Shown: positions 36,081 through 45,018 of the stretch, piece after piece
Layout: every line of letters starts with the position of its first letter
Position numbering within the stretch: the first letter of the stretch is position 1
Assembly (NCBI GenBank): GCA_963821925.1
Contig: CAWGFO010000001.1
Span: forward strand, 521,763 to 585,762
Source of the DNA: an uncultured Actinomycetes bacterium
GTDB taxonomy: Bacteria; Actinomycetota; UBA4738; HRBIN12
DNA: 64,000 nucleotides
Reading direction: 5' to 3'
Position numbers and translations under genes: made by a program
Notes under the pieces: generated by a model
What the model was told of the DNA's origin: nothing
The model's database searches: none
What the model saw: only the letters and a program-made list of their open reading frames with translations

Positions 36081-36859
36081 GGGTCCACCCGGGGCCGCGT
36101 GACGAAGGCCGGGATCGCGAGCAGCCCGATCACGGCGAGGAGTGCCGGCTGCACCTCGGGCCATGCCAACGGCGAGGTCGAGGGATGCAGGTCGCCGCGC
36201 TGGGTCCAGGCAGCTGTGACGAACACGGCGGCCGCCACCACGGAGGTCACCGAGACGACGACCGCGGCCGGGGTCCAACGAGCCGGACGGTACCGCGTAC
36301 GTCGGCCGCGGCCGTGACCGCGCGCGTCCATGCTCTCGGCGAGCGTGACGGCCTCCTCCATCCCGGTCTCGAGCACGGGAACGGCGAGCGCCGGGAGGGT
36401 TCGCCACGACGTCGGGATCCCGCGGAGCGTCTGCGCCTCGCGGACCCGCCCGACCATCGCGACCGTCCGGGGTGCGATCGACAGGGCGAGCGCCGCGGCG
36501 AGCGCCGGCTCGTGGAACCGACGGGGGGCCAACCGCACGACCCCGAACGGGTCGGTCACGGCGTTGAACGTGCCGAAGACGATCAACAGGGTGGCGAGCC
36601 GGGCCCCCTCGAGCGCGGCGAAGGCGACGTTCCCGGCGTCCACGGTTCCCAGGAACACGAGCGCGGTGCGCACCACCATCGTGATCAGACCCGCGATCGC
36701 GAAGACCCGGAACGACCGTGCGGTCGGCCCCGGGATCCGTTGAGCCGCATAGACGAAGAAGGACACGGCCACGACGAGGGCCAGGTAGAAGGGGTTCGTC
36801 GTCGTGAACGTGACCATGCCGGCGCAGGTCGCCCACAGGATCCACGCGCCCGGATGCAT
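36077..36859 (-). CDS. ECF transmembrane component T (CbiQ-like)
   Basis: MHPGAW..W, NP-x2-L, REAQ-x-LRG and LAESMDARG Arg motifs. Confidence 0.88.
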   Translation of the reverse strand: MHPGAWILWATCAGMVTFTTTNPFYLALVVAVSFFVYAAQRIPGPTARSFRVFAIAGLITMVVRTALVFLGTVDAGNVAFAALEGARLATLLIVFGTFNAVTDPFGVVRLAPRRFHEPALAAALALSIAPRTVAMVGRVREAQTLRGIPTSWRTLPALAVPVLETGMEEAVTLAESMDARGHGRGRRTRYRPARWTPAAVVVSVTSVVAAAVFVTAAWTQRGDLHPSTSPLAWPEVQPALLAVIGLLAIPAFVTRPRVDP

Positions 36860-36863
36860 GGCG

Positions 36864-37750
36864 CTACGGCCGGCCATCGGCGCGCCTCCTCCGGAGCGTG
36901 AACCAGCCGGCGCCGCCCAGGGTGACCACCGCGATCAGGGCGAGCAGCGCGCCGACCGACGGGCCTCCGCCTCCCGGGGAGGCCGCGGCGGCCCGGGCGC
37001 TCACGGGGCTGGCCTGGACGATCTCGTCGCCCGTGGCGGTCGACTCGGTCGGTGTGGGCGCCGGCGTCGCGCTGCGATCGGCGTGCGCGCTCGCAACGTC
37101 GGTGGGTGCCGCTGTCGGGGACGCCGAGACGCCGGCGCCGCTCGAGCCGCCGGTCGTGCCGGCGCCACCCGCGCCGCCTCCGTCACCGGAACCACCCCCG
37201 CCGCCCGAGCCGCCGCCGGGAGGCGGGCTCGGGCTCGGGGCGGGAGAGGGCGCGGGCTCGCACACGTCGTCGAACGCGAGTGCGGGGGGCGCTGCGTGCG
37301 TCGTGCCGCTGTCACCCGGGCCCCACACCCAGCCCTCCATGTCCCCGTCGCCGATCGACGCCGATGCGGCGCCCGACCCGGCCCAGCTCCAGCCGCCGTG
37401 GCCGTCGCCGTGCCAGTACCCCCAGAAGTCGGGGTAGTCGGCGAAGCAGTCGCCGCCCTCCGGGCCGACGCCGTCGAGCTGGCAGACCGCCTGCCCGCCG
37501 AACCCGAGCCGGTACTGCAGGCCGTACTGACCCGCGGCGAGCTGGATCAGATGCAGCCCACTGACGGACGCGTCGTCCAGCGCCACGCAGTAGGTGGTGG
37601 TCCGGCTCCCGTTGTCGACCACCAATGCCGCGTGGGGCGTGCCGGCGGCCTCAGCGGCGCACGCGACGTTGGTACCCGCGACGGCCGGGCCACCGCGGGC
37701 AGCGTCAGGACCAGCGCGATCGCGAGGGAGCGGAGCCGCGGGTTCGTCAC
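36864..37750 (-). CDS. Surface protein with DUF4430-like domain, Gly/Pro linker and C-terminal TM anchor; own start hidden by an apparent indel
   Basis: GTG at 37750 gives the signal peptide VTNPRLRSLAIALVLTLPAV with all-GC3 codons. It then continues in the long ORF frame: ALVVDNG..YCV..GQAVCQLDG..FWGYWHG..W-x-WA..GDMEGWVWG. Confidence 0.65.
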
Positions 37751-37753
37751 GGG

Positions 37754-38756
37754 TCAGCTCGCACAGGGCGGCGTCGGGGCGAGCGGTGCCGACGACGGGG
37801 CCGGTGAACGGGAGCGGCTCCAGCAACAGTCCGGGGACGGCGCCGATCGTGGCGCCGACGTCGGGGGTGCCGCGCGCAGCTCCCTCGTAGGTGTAGGCCC
37901 AGGCGCCGCACCGCGGATACTGGAGCGCGCGGAGCGCGATCCGTCCGCCGGCGGGCACGGGGGCCCCGGCCGCCGCGTACGCCTGCAGGACGAGCGCGGT
38001 CGAGTTCGCGTCGGTCGCGATGAAGCTGCCGGAGTAGCTCCAGCCGCCGTTCACGTCGTCACGCACGGTGTCGAAGTAGGCGAACGGGTTCGCGCCGAAC
38101 GTCGCCCGGTTCGCGGCCTCGAGCGCCTGCACGACGTAGGACGTGGTGTTCGAGTCGGACGTGAAGAAGTCGCCGGCGGTGCCGTCGTCGCACGAGTCGT
38201 CGTCGGTCGATGCGTCGTACGGCTCATCGTAGGCCCACCCGCCATCGGGGCACTGGGCGTTGCGGAGCCAGTCCGTCACGCTGACCGAGGGCTTGAGACC
38301 GGCGCTCACGAGCGCGAGCGTGGCGAGCGCGTCGTCGAACACGGCCGCGGAACCGAACCGACCGCCTGAGATCGTGCCGCGGAGCGCCGAGACGAGGTTC
38401 GTGCCGCCGAAGGCCCGGGGGTCGCGGCCGGCGGCCGATACGGCGAGCACGACCTTGGCCTGCAGCCCCACGCCGTCGACCTTGCCGGCGGCAACCTGGG
38501 CCGACAGGAAGCCGAGGGCATCCTTGACGACGCCGCGGCCCTTCCCGACGGCGACGGCCGCGAGGACCGCGTCGGCCGTCGATCCGATCGGCGAGAACGC
38601 CGGGATCGAGCCGTTCGCCTTCTGCCTCGAGGCGATGTAGCCGAGACCGCGCTCGGCGCGGCCCGCATCGGTGGCGGCGAACGCCGACGTGGGCACGGCG
38701 ATCAGCAACGCCCCGGCGCACAGCAAGGTCAGGATCTTCGTACGGGTCGAGCCCAT
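37754..38756 (-). CDS. Secreted prenyltransferase/squalene-oxidase-repeat (alpha-alpha toroid) protein, first gene after the B12 riboswitch
   Basis: AAAGGAG RBS; signal peptide; QKANGS, AQCPDGGWAY, D-x-NTT-x3-VQAL, NGGWSY, DANSTALVLQA repeats. The probable stop at 37754-37756 lies in a shifted frame. Confidence 0.75.
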
Positions 38757-38879
38757 CGGGTCGACTCCTTTCCGGGCGTCCGCGCGCCCTACGGAACGAC
38801 CTCCCGGAAGCGGGAGGTCGACGTCGGGGCGTGAGCCCGGCGGCGCGATCCCCTGTCCGCGAGGGTCGTTCGGCCGTGC

Positions 38880-38980
38880 GTCGCGCAGGGCGGCCTGGCT
38901 CGTCCACTCGGGCGGTGGACCTACAGTTGCGGGACAGCGCCGGAATCTGACCGGCTTCGCCTCCGCGACGCGTTGTGGGC
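38880..38980 (-). ncRNA. Cobalamin (B12) riboswitch
   Basis: Minus strand reads GCGAAGCCGGTCAGATTCCGGCGCTGTCCCGCAACTGT-(GTCCAC hairpin)-GAGCCAGGCCGCC, matching the B12-element core. TAGCGT -10 at 38984-38989; lies upstream of an ECF operon. Confidence 0.85.
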
Positions 38981-39124
38981 TCGACGCTAGCACGCCGGCG
39001 CCGCACCCGCCCAACCGGGGAGACCCGAAGATCATGCCCCGCCGTTGCCCATGCCTTGGGGCGGTGTTTACCCGCGCGGTCGTTACATCGGATGCACGAC
39101 CCGCAGCAAGGAGAGGTGACTGTC

Positions 39125-39670
39125 ATGGAGACCCTTCGAGAGGAACCAGCGAAGACGCCCGTCGCCCGTGGACCCGCGTCGGTGACGCGTGTACCCGAGG
39201 CGGCTCAGCCCAGCGCGCGTTCGACGCCCTGGCTCGTGGCGGGCCTCATGGTCACGACCGCGGCGTTCGTGGTGCTGGCGATCCTGACGTTCGTGCCACG
39301 GCTGCGCCCGAGCGAACCGGTTCGGCTCACCGATGCGGCGGTGTCCGCCTGGGATGCGGGAACGCCCTCGGCGCTCTCGACCGTGTACGCGCGTGACGCC
39401 CTGGTGGTCCACGCCGATGGCACGAAGGTGAGCGGCCTCGCCGCCATCGTCGCCGACGCCAAGTCGCTGGGCCGCGACTTCACGATCGTCCGCACGGGCG
39501 ACGTGTCGGTCACGCCCAACGGCCTGTACGCCACGGCGACGTACCGCTATGCCGGTGCCGGCCACGGCGTGGGGGTCCTCGTGCTGCAGTTCGACGGCGG
39601 GAAGGTCGTCCGGCAGTGGGAGTACGGGCTGCCGCCCGTCACCGCCCCTGCACGAACCCCAACAGGGTGA
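39125..39670 (+). CDS. Membrane-anchored protein with SnoaL/NTF2-like domain
   Basis: AGGAGAGG RBS; TM helix; W-x-AG..L-x2-VYARDA..G-x2-AI..beta strands..GKVVRQW pattern. Confidence 0.55.
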   Translation: METLREEPAKTPVARGPASVTRVPEAAQPSARSTPWLVAGLMVTTAAFVVLAILTFVPRLRPSEPVRLTDAAVSAWDAGTPSALSTVYARDALVVHADGTKVSGLAAIVADAKSLGRDFTIVRTGDVSVTPNGLYATATYRYAGAGHGVGVLVLQFDGGKVVRQWEYGLPPVTAPARTPTG

Positions 39671-40427
39671 TGCCGCGGACGACCTCGGTGCGGTCCGGGT
39701 CGTAGCGATAGCCGGCGGGGTGCTCCCATCCCGCGAGGTCGGCCGGGCCGGCACCCGGATGGGCCAGCAGGAACCGCACGAGCGCCCCCTTCAGGAACTT
39801 GTTCCAGTGGGAGACGACCGCGAGCGACCCGTCGGGTCGCCGGTCCAGGAACACCGCCGAATACTGCGCGAGGTCGTCCGGCGCGCGCCACGCCGCCGCA
39901 TGCTCGTTCGGCAGCAGGTTCCAGACGGTGCGCCCCGATGCCCGCTGCGCGATCGCGGCGGACAGGTCGTGGCGCCACCACGTCGAGAGCTTCCCGAGCC
40001 GAGGGAGGGACGCGCCCATCTTCAGTTTGTGGTCGGGGATCCGATCGCAGGGCGCCACGGCGCCCCAGAGCCCGGAGACGATCAGCACCATGTCGTCGAG
40101 GCGTCGTCGTGGGGCGGCGCGGAGGGACGGGGCGTCGAGCGCCTCGTAGAGCACGCCGGTGTACCGCTGGATCGCGGGCATCGTGGGGGCGGAACGCGCG
40201 TCGCGGTTCGCCTCGGTGGCGGCCGCGAGCGCGACTCCCTTCACACCGAGCAGCTTCCCGCGCGACGCCGCGCTGCCCCGCATGGCGCGCGCGAGGGCGT
40301 CGAGCGTCGCGTGGCGACGGTCGTCGAGGTCCAGGGACATCGTCCCGGGCGCCCACGCCGGGCCGTCGCCACCCGGCGCCTTGCCCTCGGACGGCGGCAA
40401 CAGGATCAGCGGGAACGTCGGAGCCAC
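39639..40427 (-). CDS. yaaA: Peroxide stress protein YaaA (DUF328)
   Basis: LILLPPSEGK, PAIQRYTGVLYEAL, SGLWG..D-x-IP-x2-KL-x-M, NLLP, HWNKFLKGALVR. Confidence 0.88.
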   Translation of the reverse strand: MAPTFPLILLPPSEGKAPGGDGPAWAPGTMSLDLDDRRHATLDALARAMRGSAASRGKLLGVKGVALAAATEANRDARSAPTMPAIQRYTGVLYEALDAPSLRAAPRRRLDDMVLIVSGLWGAVAPCDRIPDHKLKMGASLPRLGKLSTWWRHDLSAAIAQRASGRTVWNLLPNEHAAAWRAPDDLAQYSAVFLDRRPDGSLAVVSHWNKFLKGALVRFLLAHPGAGPADLAGWEHPAGYRYDPDRTEVVRGITLLGFVQGR

Positions 40428-40434
40428 GTGCCGG

Positions 40435-41280
40435 TTACCGGGGATCGTCGCCGGCGTCGCGGAGGTACCGCTCGATCTCGCTCGCGAGCTCGTCGCCCGA
40501 CGGGATCCCGTCCTCGGGCTGCTGCTCCTCGAGCCGCGTGACGAAGTCCCGGGTCTCCTCTTGTGCCTGCACCGCGGAATCGAGGCCGATCCGCTGGGCG
40601 TTCGCCTCGTCCATCAGCGACCCGAGCGGGATCTCGATCTCGAGGTGGCGCGCGACGTGCTCGACGAGCGCGATCGAGCCGGCCGCGTACGGCCCGCCGA
40701 CGTACGGCGGTACCTGGGCGTAGAAGCCGGTGGTCGGGATCCCGGCACCCCCAACCCCCATCTCGACGACGCTCAGCGCCGCCGCGGGGACGCGGAGCAA
40801 CCCCTCGGGCCCGTGCGTCTCCCCGTGACGGAGCAGGCCGGCGTCGGAGGCCGTCGCGAACACCGGCACCGGGCGCGTGTGCGGCACCGCCGCCGGCACG
40901 GCGCCGATGCTCACCCACTCGACCACGCCGTGCGTGAGTGCGAACTCCATCACGTCGTCGGCGAGCTGCTTCCAGCGGAAGTCGGGCTCGGCGCCGTGCA
41001 AGACCAGGAGGTCACGTCCCCCGACCCGGCGTCGCCGGATCGCGAGCTCCGGATAATCGAGCCGGCTCAGTACCCCGTCGACCACGTCGAGCACCGGGCG
41101 CCGTGAGCGGTAGTCGAAGAGCGCGTCGGGATCGAACGTCGCGACGGTGTCGGCGTCGTGAGCCAGATGGTCGGCGGTGGCGGACGCCGACCCGGCCGCG
41201 TCGATCCACCCGTCGAATGCCCCCAGCAGCACGGGCGCCGCGAGGTCGTCGAGCGGACGGACGACGTGGATCAGGTTCAC
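40435..41280 (-). CDS. PAC2 (proteasome assembly chaperone) family protein
   Basis: AFDGWIDAAG, FDYRSRRP, GAEPDFRW, GAVPAAVPHTRP, AQVP-x-Y. Confidence 0.9.
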   Translation of the reverse strand: MNLIHVVRPLDDLAAPVLLGAFDGWIDAAGSASATADHLAHDADTVATFDPDALFDYRSRRPVLDVVDGVLSRLDYPELAIRRRRVGGRDLLVLHGAEPDFRWKQLADDVMEFALTHGVVEWVSIGAVPAAVPHTRPVPVFATASDAGLLRHGETHGPEGLLRVPAAALSVVEMGVGGAGIPTTGFYAQVPPYVGGPYAAGSIALVEHVARHLEIEIPLGSLMDEANAQRIGLDSAVQAQEETRDFVTRLEEQQPEDGIPSGDELASEIERYLRDAGDDPR

Positions 41281-41326
41281 CCGTCCAGGATAGGCGGCGG
41301 CGCGACGGGGGAGCCCGCCCGCTCCG

Positions 41327-41617
41327 TCAGCCGCGTCGCAGATGCTCCATCTCGCGCCGGACCCTGGCCTCGGTGGGCTCGCTCCGGCGGAACGTATCCC
41401 ACGCGTGGAACGCGATCCCGATGCCCCAACCCAGGATCGGGAAGATCGGCCAGAAGAACCCCGCCCCGCTCATCGCCCAGATCGCGACCAGCATCCCGTT
41501 CACCAGCACGTAGGCGAGCAGGTGCGCGTAGAACTCCTGCTTGCGTGCGATGCGTGCGAGGGCCATCTTGCGGAGCTCGTCGTCATGCGATCCCGACACC
41601 ATCGACGTCACCTCCAC
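41327..41617 (-). CDS. 2TM-domain small membrane protein
   Basis: A-x2-RI-x-RKQEFYAHL-x2-YVLVN, FFWPIFP-x-LGWGIGIAFHAW, RREME. Confidence 0.85.
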   Translation of the reverse strand: MEVTSMVSGSHDDELRKMALARIARKQEFYAHLLAYVLVNGMLVAIWAMSGAGFFWPIFPILGWGIGIAFHAWDTFRRSEPTEARVRREMEHLRRG

Positions 41618-41720
41618 TCACCATGCTGCGGCGCATGGCCCGGCCCTGCCCCGGCCGATGGGCCGGTCGAGCGCAGGCCGGTCGGGTAAGGCGCCCCCTT
41701 CCGTGTGCCGATGGAGCGTC

Positions 41721-42488
41721 ATGCGTCGGCTCGCCCGCTTCTCGCCCCAGGTCGGCTCGTCCCCGATCGAATCCCTGCTGGTCGGTGCCCTCGTGTTCCT
41801 CGTGGCGGCCGCGATCGTGGGGTTCTCGTTGGTGCTGTTCCTCGGACCGCGGGCGGCCACCGGGGACGCCGCGTCGTCGGGGCCCACCGCTCCGTCCGCG
41901 ACCACGGTGCCGGCGGTCGAGATCACCTGCGGCGCTGATACCGCCCTCGAGGGCGAGGCCGTCGACGCGTCGTCCGCAGGGGTTCCCGTTCGGATCGTCG
42001 GAGACGAGGGAGCGGTCGTGTCCTTCGCCTCGCCGGGGACGCCCGGCTACCAGATGCGGGTGTTCGAGCCGTCCGGCGCTTACCGGCTGCCGCTCTCGCC
42101 GGGGGGCTGGAGCGTGGGCTGCGCCGGGTCGGGCGTGGTGAGCGAGTCGGTCGCCCTGGGTGTCTTCGAGGTGCGTGATCCCGACCACGTCTACCTCCGC
42201 ACCGCTCCGGAGTGCCCGGCGTCCGGGTGCTGCGACGAGATCGTCGACCTCCCGCCGGGCTTCACCGACGACGACCTGGGGACGTTGCGCGAAGGGCTGG
42301 CAGACGCGGGTGTGCGTCCGACCGACACGATCGAGCGAGCGGCCTACCCCGGGTCGACGTTCTCGGCACAGCCTCCGAGCCCGCTCGTGTACCGCATCGT
42401 GCGTGATCTGCAGATCGTGGCTCGCCTGGACGTGGGCGGCGAGGGCGACACCTGGTCGGCGAGGGTGTACGGCTGCCCTGGGAACTGA
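41721..42488 (+). CDS. Hypothetical membrane-anchored exported protein, Cys-containing
   Basis: GGAG RBS; N-terminal hydrophobic helix, Ser/Thr/Pro linker, six Cys; mostly high-GC3 codons. Confidence 0.6.
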   Translation: MRRLARFSPQVGSSPIESLLVGALVFLVAAAIVGFSLVLFLGPRAATGDAASSGPTAPSATTVPAVEITCGADTALEGEAVDASSAGVPVRIVGDEGAVVSFASPGTPGYQMRVFEPSGAYRLPLSPGGWSVGCAGSGVVSESVALGVFEVRDPDHVYLRTAPECPASGCCDEIVDLPPGFTDDDLGTLREGLADAGVRPTDTIERAAYPGSTFSAQPPSPLVYRIVRDLQIVARLDVGGEGDTWSARVYGCPGN

Positions 42489-42492
42489 GCGG

Positions 42493-42861
42493 TCAGGGCC
42501 GGCGTTCCGGCTCGGCCAGCACGTTCTTCAGCGTAGACATCGCGTTCATCGCGACGGGGAACCCCGCGACCGTGGCGGTCTGCAGGATCGCCTCCTTGAG
42601 CTCGTCGGGCGTGACCCCGGCCTTCAGAGCAGCGCGCAGGTGCTGCGGGATCTGCGACGAGCGTCCCAACGCCACGAGCGCGACCACCGCGGCGAGCTCG
42701 CGGTCGCGGATCGATAGGGCCGGGCGTTCGTAGACGTCCCCGTACACGAACTCCACGATCGTCCGGCCGAGGTCGCCGAGCCCTTCCACCGCGCCGAGCG
42801 CCTTCTCGTCGTGCACCTCGAGGAAGCGGGCGCGTCCCCGTTCGTAACGGTCGTCGGTCAT
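42493..42861 (-). CDS. Carboxymuconolactone decarboxylase (CMD/AhpD-like) family protein
   Basis: YG-x-VYERPALSIRDREL, HLRAALKAGVT-x2-EL-x-E-x-I..YAGFP-like VAGFP; GGGAGG RBS. Confidence 0.88.
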   Translation of the reverse strand: MTDDRYERGRARFLEVHDEKALGAVEGLGDLGRTIVEFVYGDVYERPALSIRDRELAAVVALVALGRSSQIPQHLRAALKAGVTPDELKEAILQTATVAGFPVAMNAMSTLKNVLAEPERRP

Positions 42862-42890
42862 GACGGTCCTCCCTGAGGTGCTCGATAGGT

Positions 42891-43706
42891 TCAGTCGTTC
42901 GGGAGCTCGGCCGCCCCGACCTCGCCCACCTGGTGGAACCCGGCCTGCGCATACACACGCGCGACGTCCTGGCTCCCCGCCGACAGACAGATCGTCTCGA
43001 TCCCCCGTTCGATCGCATCGCGGATCAGCACGGACGTCAGGGCCGCGCCGATCCCACGCCGTCGGTACGCCGGCAGGGTCGCCACGCCGACGATCTCGGT
43101 GGCGCCGTCGCAGGGGTTGTGGCTCCCCACGGAGACGGGCACCCCGTCGACGTAGGCTGCCGCGGTCACGGTGGCCCCGGCGCGCATGCGCTCGCGCGCG
43201 AACGCGAGGATCCCGGGATCGGTCGCGGCCGCCACGGCGGCGAGCGCCCCCACGCCGACGTCGCCGACGTCGGTGCCGGGGTTCCCGAATCCCACCATCG
43301 CGACCGCGGTGAGCGTCGCCAGGTCGTCGTCGGCTCCGGCGAGGTGGATCTCGACACCGTCGCGTGCGGTCACCGCCCGCGCGGCACCGGCGGGCAGGTA
43401 CATCAGCGGCATCCGGTGGGTGGTCATGCCCGTCGCAGCGGCGGACGGGCCGACGTCGGGCGCGAGTCTCACCACCCACTCGATCGCCTCCGGCTGCCCG
43501 AGCTCGCGCTGGCGGGCACGGACCGCCTCGACGTCGGCGGGTGTGAAGGTCTCGGCGCCCGGGGTCGGCCGCGCGTAGTAGCGCCAGCCGTTCCCCTCCT
43601 GCACGAAGAGCGTGAAGGGGCCGACCGCCTCCGTGCGGACCGCGGACCGCGGCACCGCATCCAGGTAGGCGTCGATCCGTCGGAGCAGGGTCAGGGCGTC
43701 GGGCAC
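42891..43706 (-). CDS. GNAT family acetyltransferase
   Basis: EIVGVATLPAYRRRGIGAALT, A-x-RVY-x2-AGF. Confidence 0.88.
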   Translation of the reverse strand: MPDALTLLRRIDAYLDAVPRSAVRTEAVGPFTLFVQEGNGWRYYARPTPGAETFTPADVEAVRARQRELGQPEAIEWVVRLAPDVGPSAAATGMTTHRMPLMYLPAGAARAVTARDGVEIHLAGADDDLATLTAVAMVGFGNPGTDVGDVGVGALAAVAAATDPGILAFARERMRAGATVTAAAYVDGVPVSVGSHNPCDGATEIVGVATLPAYRRRGIGAALTSVLIRDAIERGIETICLSAGSQDVARVYAQAGFHQVGEVGAAELPND

Positions 43707-43716
43707 GACGACAAGG

Positions 43717-44094
43717 CTACGCGGGCTCCGTGGTGGGCGACCCGGGCGGTTCCGACGAGGTGGATGGCTCCGACGACGTGGATGGCTCGGTCGACTCGGG
43801 CGTCCCGCTCGCGCGTGGCTCGGCGATCGCGGGCGAGCGCCCCGTCAGGTCCTGCATGATCCGGTCGAAGCCGTCTCGATCGAGCTCACCTCGCGCGTAC
43901 CGCATCCGCGCGAGCGCCACGGCCGCGTCGTCGCCGTGTCCGCCTCGCGCCGAGCTGCCCGTCGGCGTCTCGCGAGATCTCACGATCAGCCAGATCAACA
44001 GTCCCGCGACCAGGAGCAGGAGGCAGATCACGAGCGCCCCCTGCCAGCTCGACCACCACGCGGTCTCGTGCATCGGTCCGTCCGGTCGCCACAT
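43717..44094 (-). CDS. Single-TM SHOCT-domain protein
   Basis: TM helix followed by A-x3-ARMRYARGELDRDGF, plus a Ser/Pro/Glu tail. Confidence 0.8.
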   Translation of the reverse strand: MWRPDGPMHETAWWSSWQGALVICLLLLVAGLLIWLIVRSRETPTGSSARGGHGDDAAVALARMRYARGELDRDGFDRIMQDLTGRSPAIAEPRASGTPESTEPSTSSEPSTSSEPPGSPTTEPA

Positions 44095-44233
44095 CGCGGA
44101 TCACCTCGCTCATCGTGGGGCGCCGCCGGCCCCGCCGACCGTCGATCCGACCGGCGAGGGACCCGGCGCGGCGTCCCGTTCCATCGTCCACCGCCAGTCA
44201 AGCCGCACCGCCTTGGGGCCCCATGGGTCGGGG

Positions 44234-44299
44234 CTGAGCGGTCCCTGAACCGTCGCGAGGATGCCAGAGGGTCCCAGAGCCTTCTCAGGCAACGCTCAG
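44234..44299. promoter_or_regulatory. Two tandem direct-repeat boxes (11-bp period) in the divergent SHOCT/response-regulator promoter
   Basis: Plus strand TCTCAG-N5-GCTCAG at 44283-44299; minus strand TTCAG-N6-CTCAG at 44249-44234; TAGCCT -10 at 44310-44315. Confidence 0.6.
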
Positions 44300-44321
44300 A
44301 CTTCAGGGCTAGCCTGAGAGC

Positions 44322-45014
44322 GTGAGCGAGCCGCGGGTCCTGGTCGTCGACGACGAGTCGAACATCACCGACCTCGTGTCGATGGCGCTCCGCTACGAGG
44401 GGTTCGAGGTCGAGACGGCCGCGACGGGTCGCGACGCGATCCGCCTGGTCGAGCGGTTCCGGCCCGAGCTCGTGATCCTCGACGTGATGCTCCCCGACGT
44501 CGACGGTTTCGCCGTCACCGAGCGGCTCAAGAGCGCCCGCGTGAAGGTGCCGATCCTCTTCCTCACGGCGCGCGATGCCGTTGAGGACAAGGTGCGCGGA
44601 CTCACGCTGGGGGGCGACGACTACGTGACGAAGCCGTTCAGCCTCGAGGAGCTCGTCGCCCGCGTACGCGTGCTGCTCCGGCGGGCCGGCGCCGAGGAGG
44701 AGAGCGGACGGCTGGTCTTCGCCGACCTCGAGTTGGACGACGACACCCACGAGGTGCGCCGCGCCGGGGGATCGATCGACCTGACCGCGACGGAGTTCCG
44801 GCTGCTCCGCTACCTGATGCAGAACGCGCCCCGCGTGCTGTCGAAGGCGCAGATCTTGGACCACGTGTGGAACTACGACTTCGGCGGCGACGCGAACATC
44901 GTCGAGACGTACGTGAGCTACATCCGGCGGAAGCTGGACGCGGTGGGTCCGCCGTTGATCCAGACGGTGCGCGGCGTGGGCTACCGGCTGGCGGCGCCGC
45001 CCTCGGAGGACTGA
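44322..45014 (+). CDS. OmpR/PhoB-family response regulator
   Basis: VLVVDDE, ILDVMLP (phospho-Asp), FLTARD, DDYVTKPF, winged helix ..IQTVRGVGY. Confidence 0.95.
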   Translation: MSEPRVLVVDDESNITDLVSMALRYEGFEVETAATGRDAIRLVERFRPELVILDVMLPDVDGFAVTERLKSARVKVPILFLTARDAVEDKVRGLTLGGDDYVTKPFSLEELVARVRVLLRRAGAEEESGRLVFADLELDDDTHEVRRAGGSIDLTATEFRLLRYLMQNAPRVLSKAQILDHVWNYDFGGDANIVETYVSYIRRKLDAVGPPLIQTVRGVGYRLAAPPSED

Positions 45015-45018
45015 CGTC

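Noticed and set aside
37754-38756. Terpene cyclase or biosynthetic cluster
   Set aside because: The protein is secreted, lacks a DxDD motif, and sits in a B12 transporter operon with no isoprenoid genes.
36864-39035. Single 723-aa protein starting at 39035
   Set aside because: The N-terminal 93 codons overlap the riboswitch; the real RBS/start is at 38756, and codon usage indicates two genes.
44110-44292. 60-aa ORF between the SHOCT gene and the response regulator
   Set aside because: It overlaps the divergent promoter and boxes, has no RBS, and shows atypical codon use.
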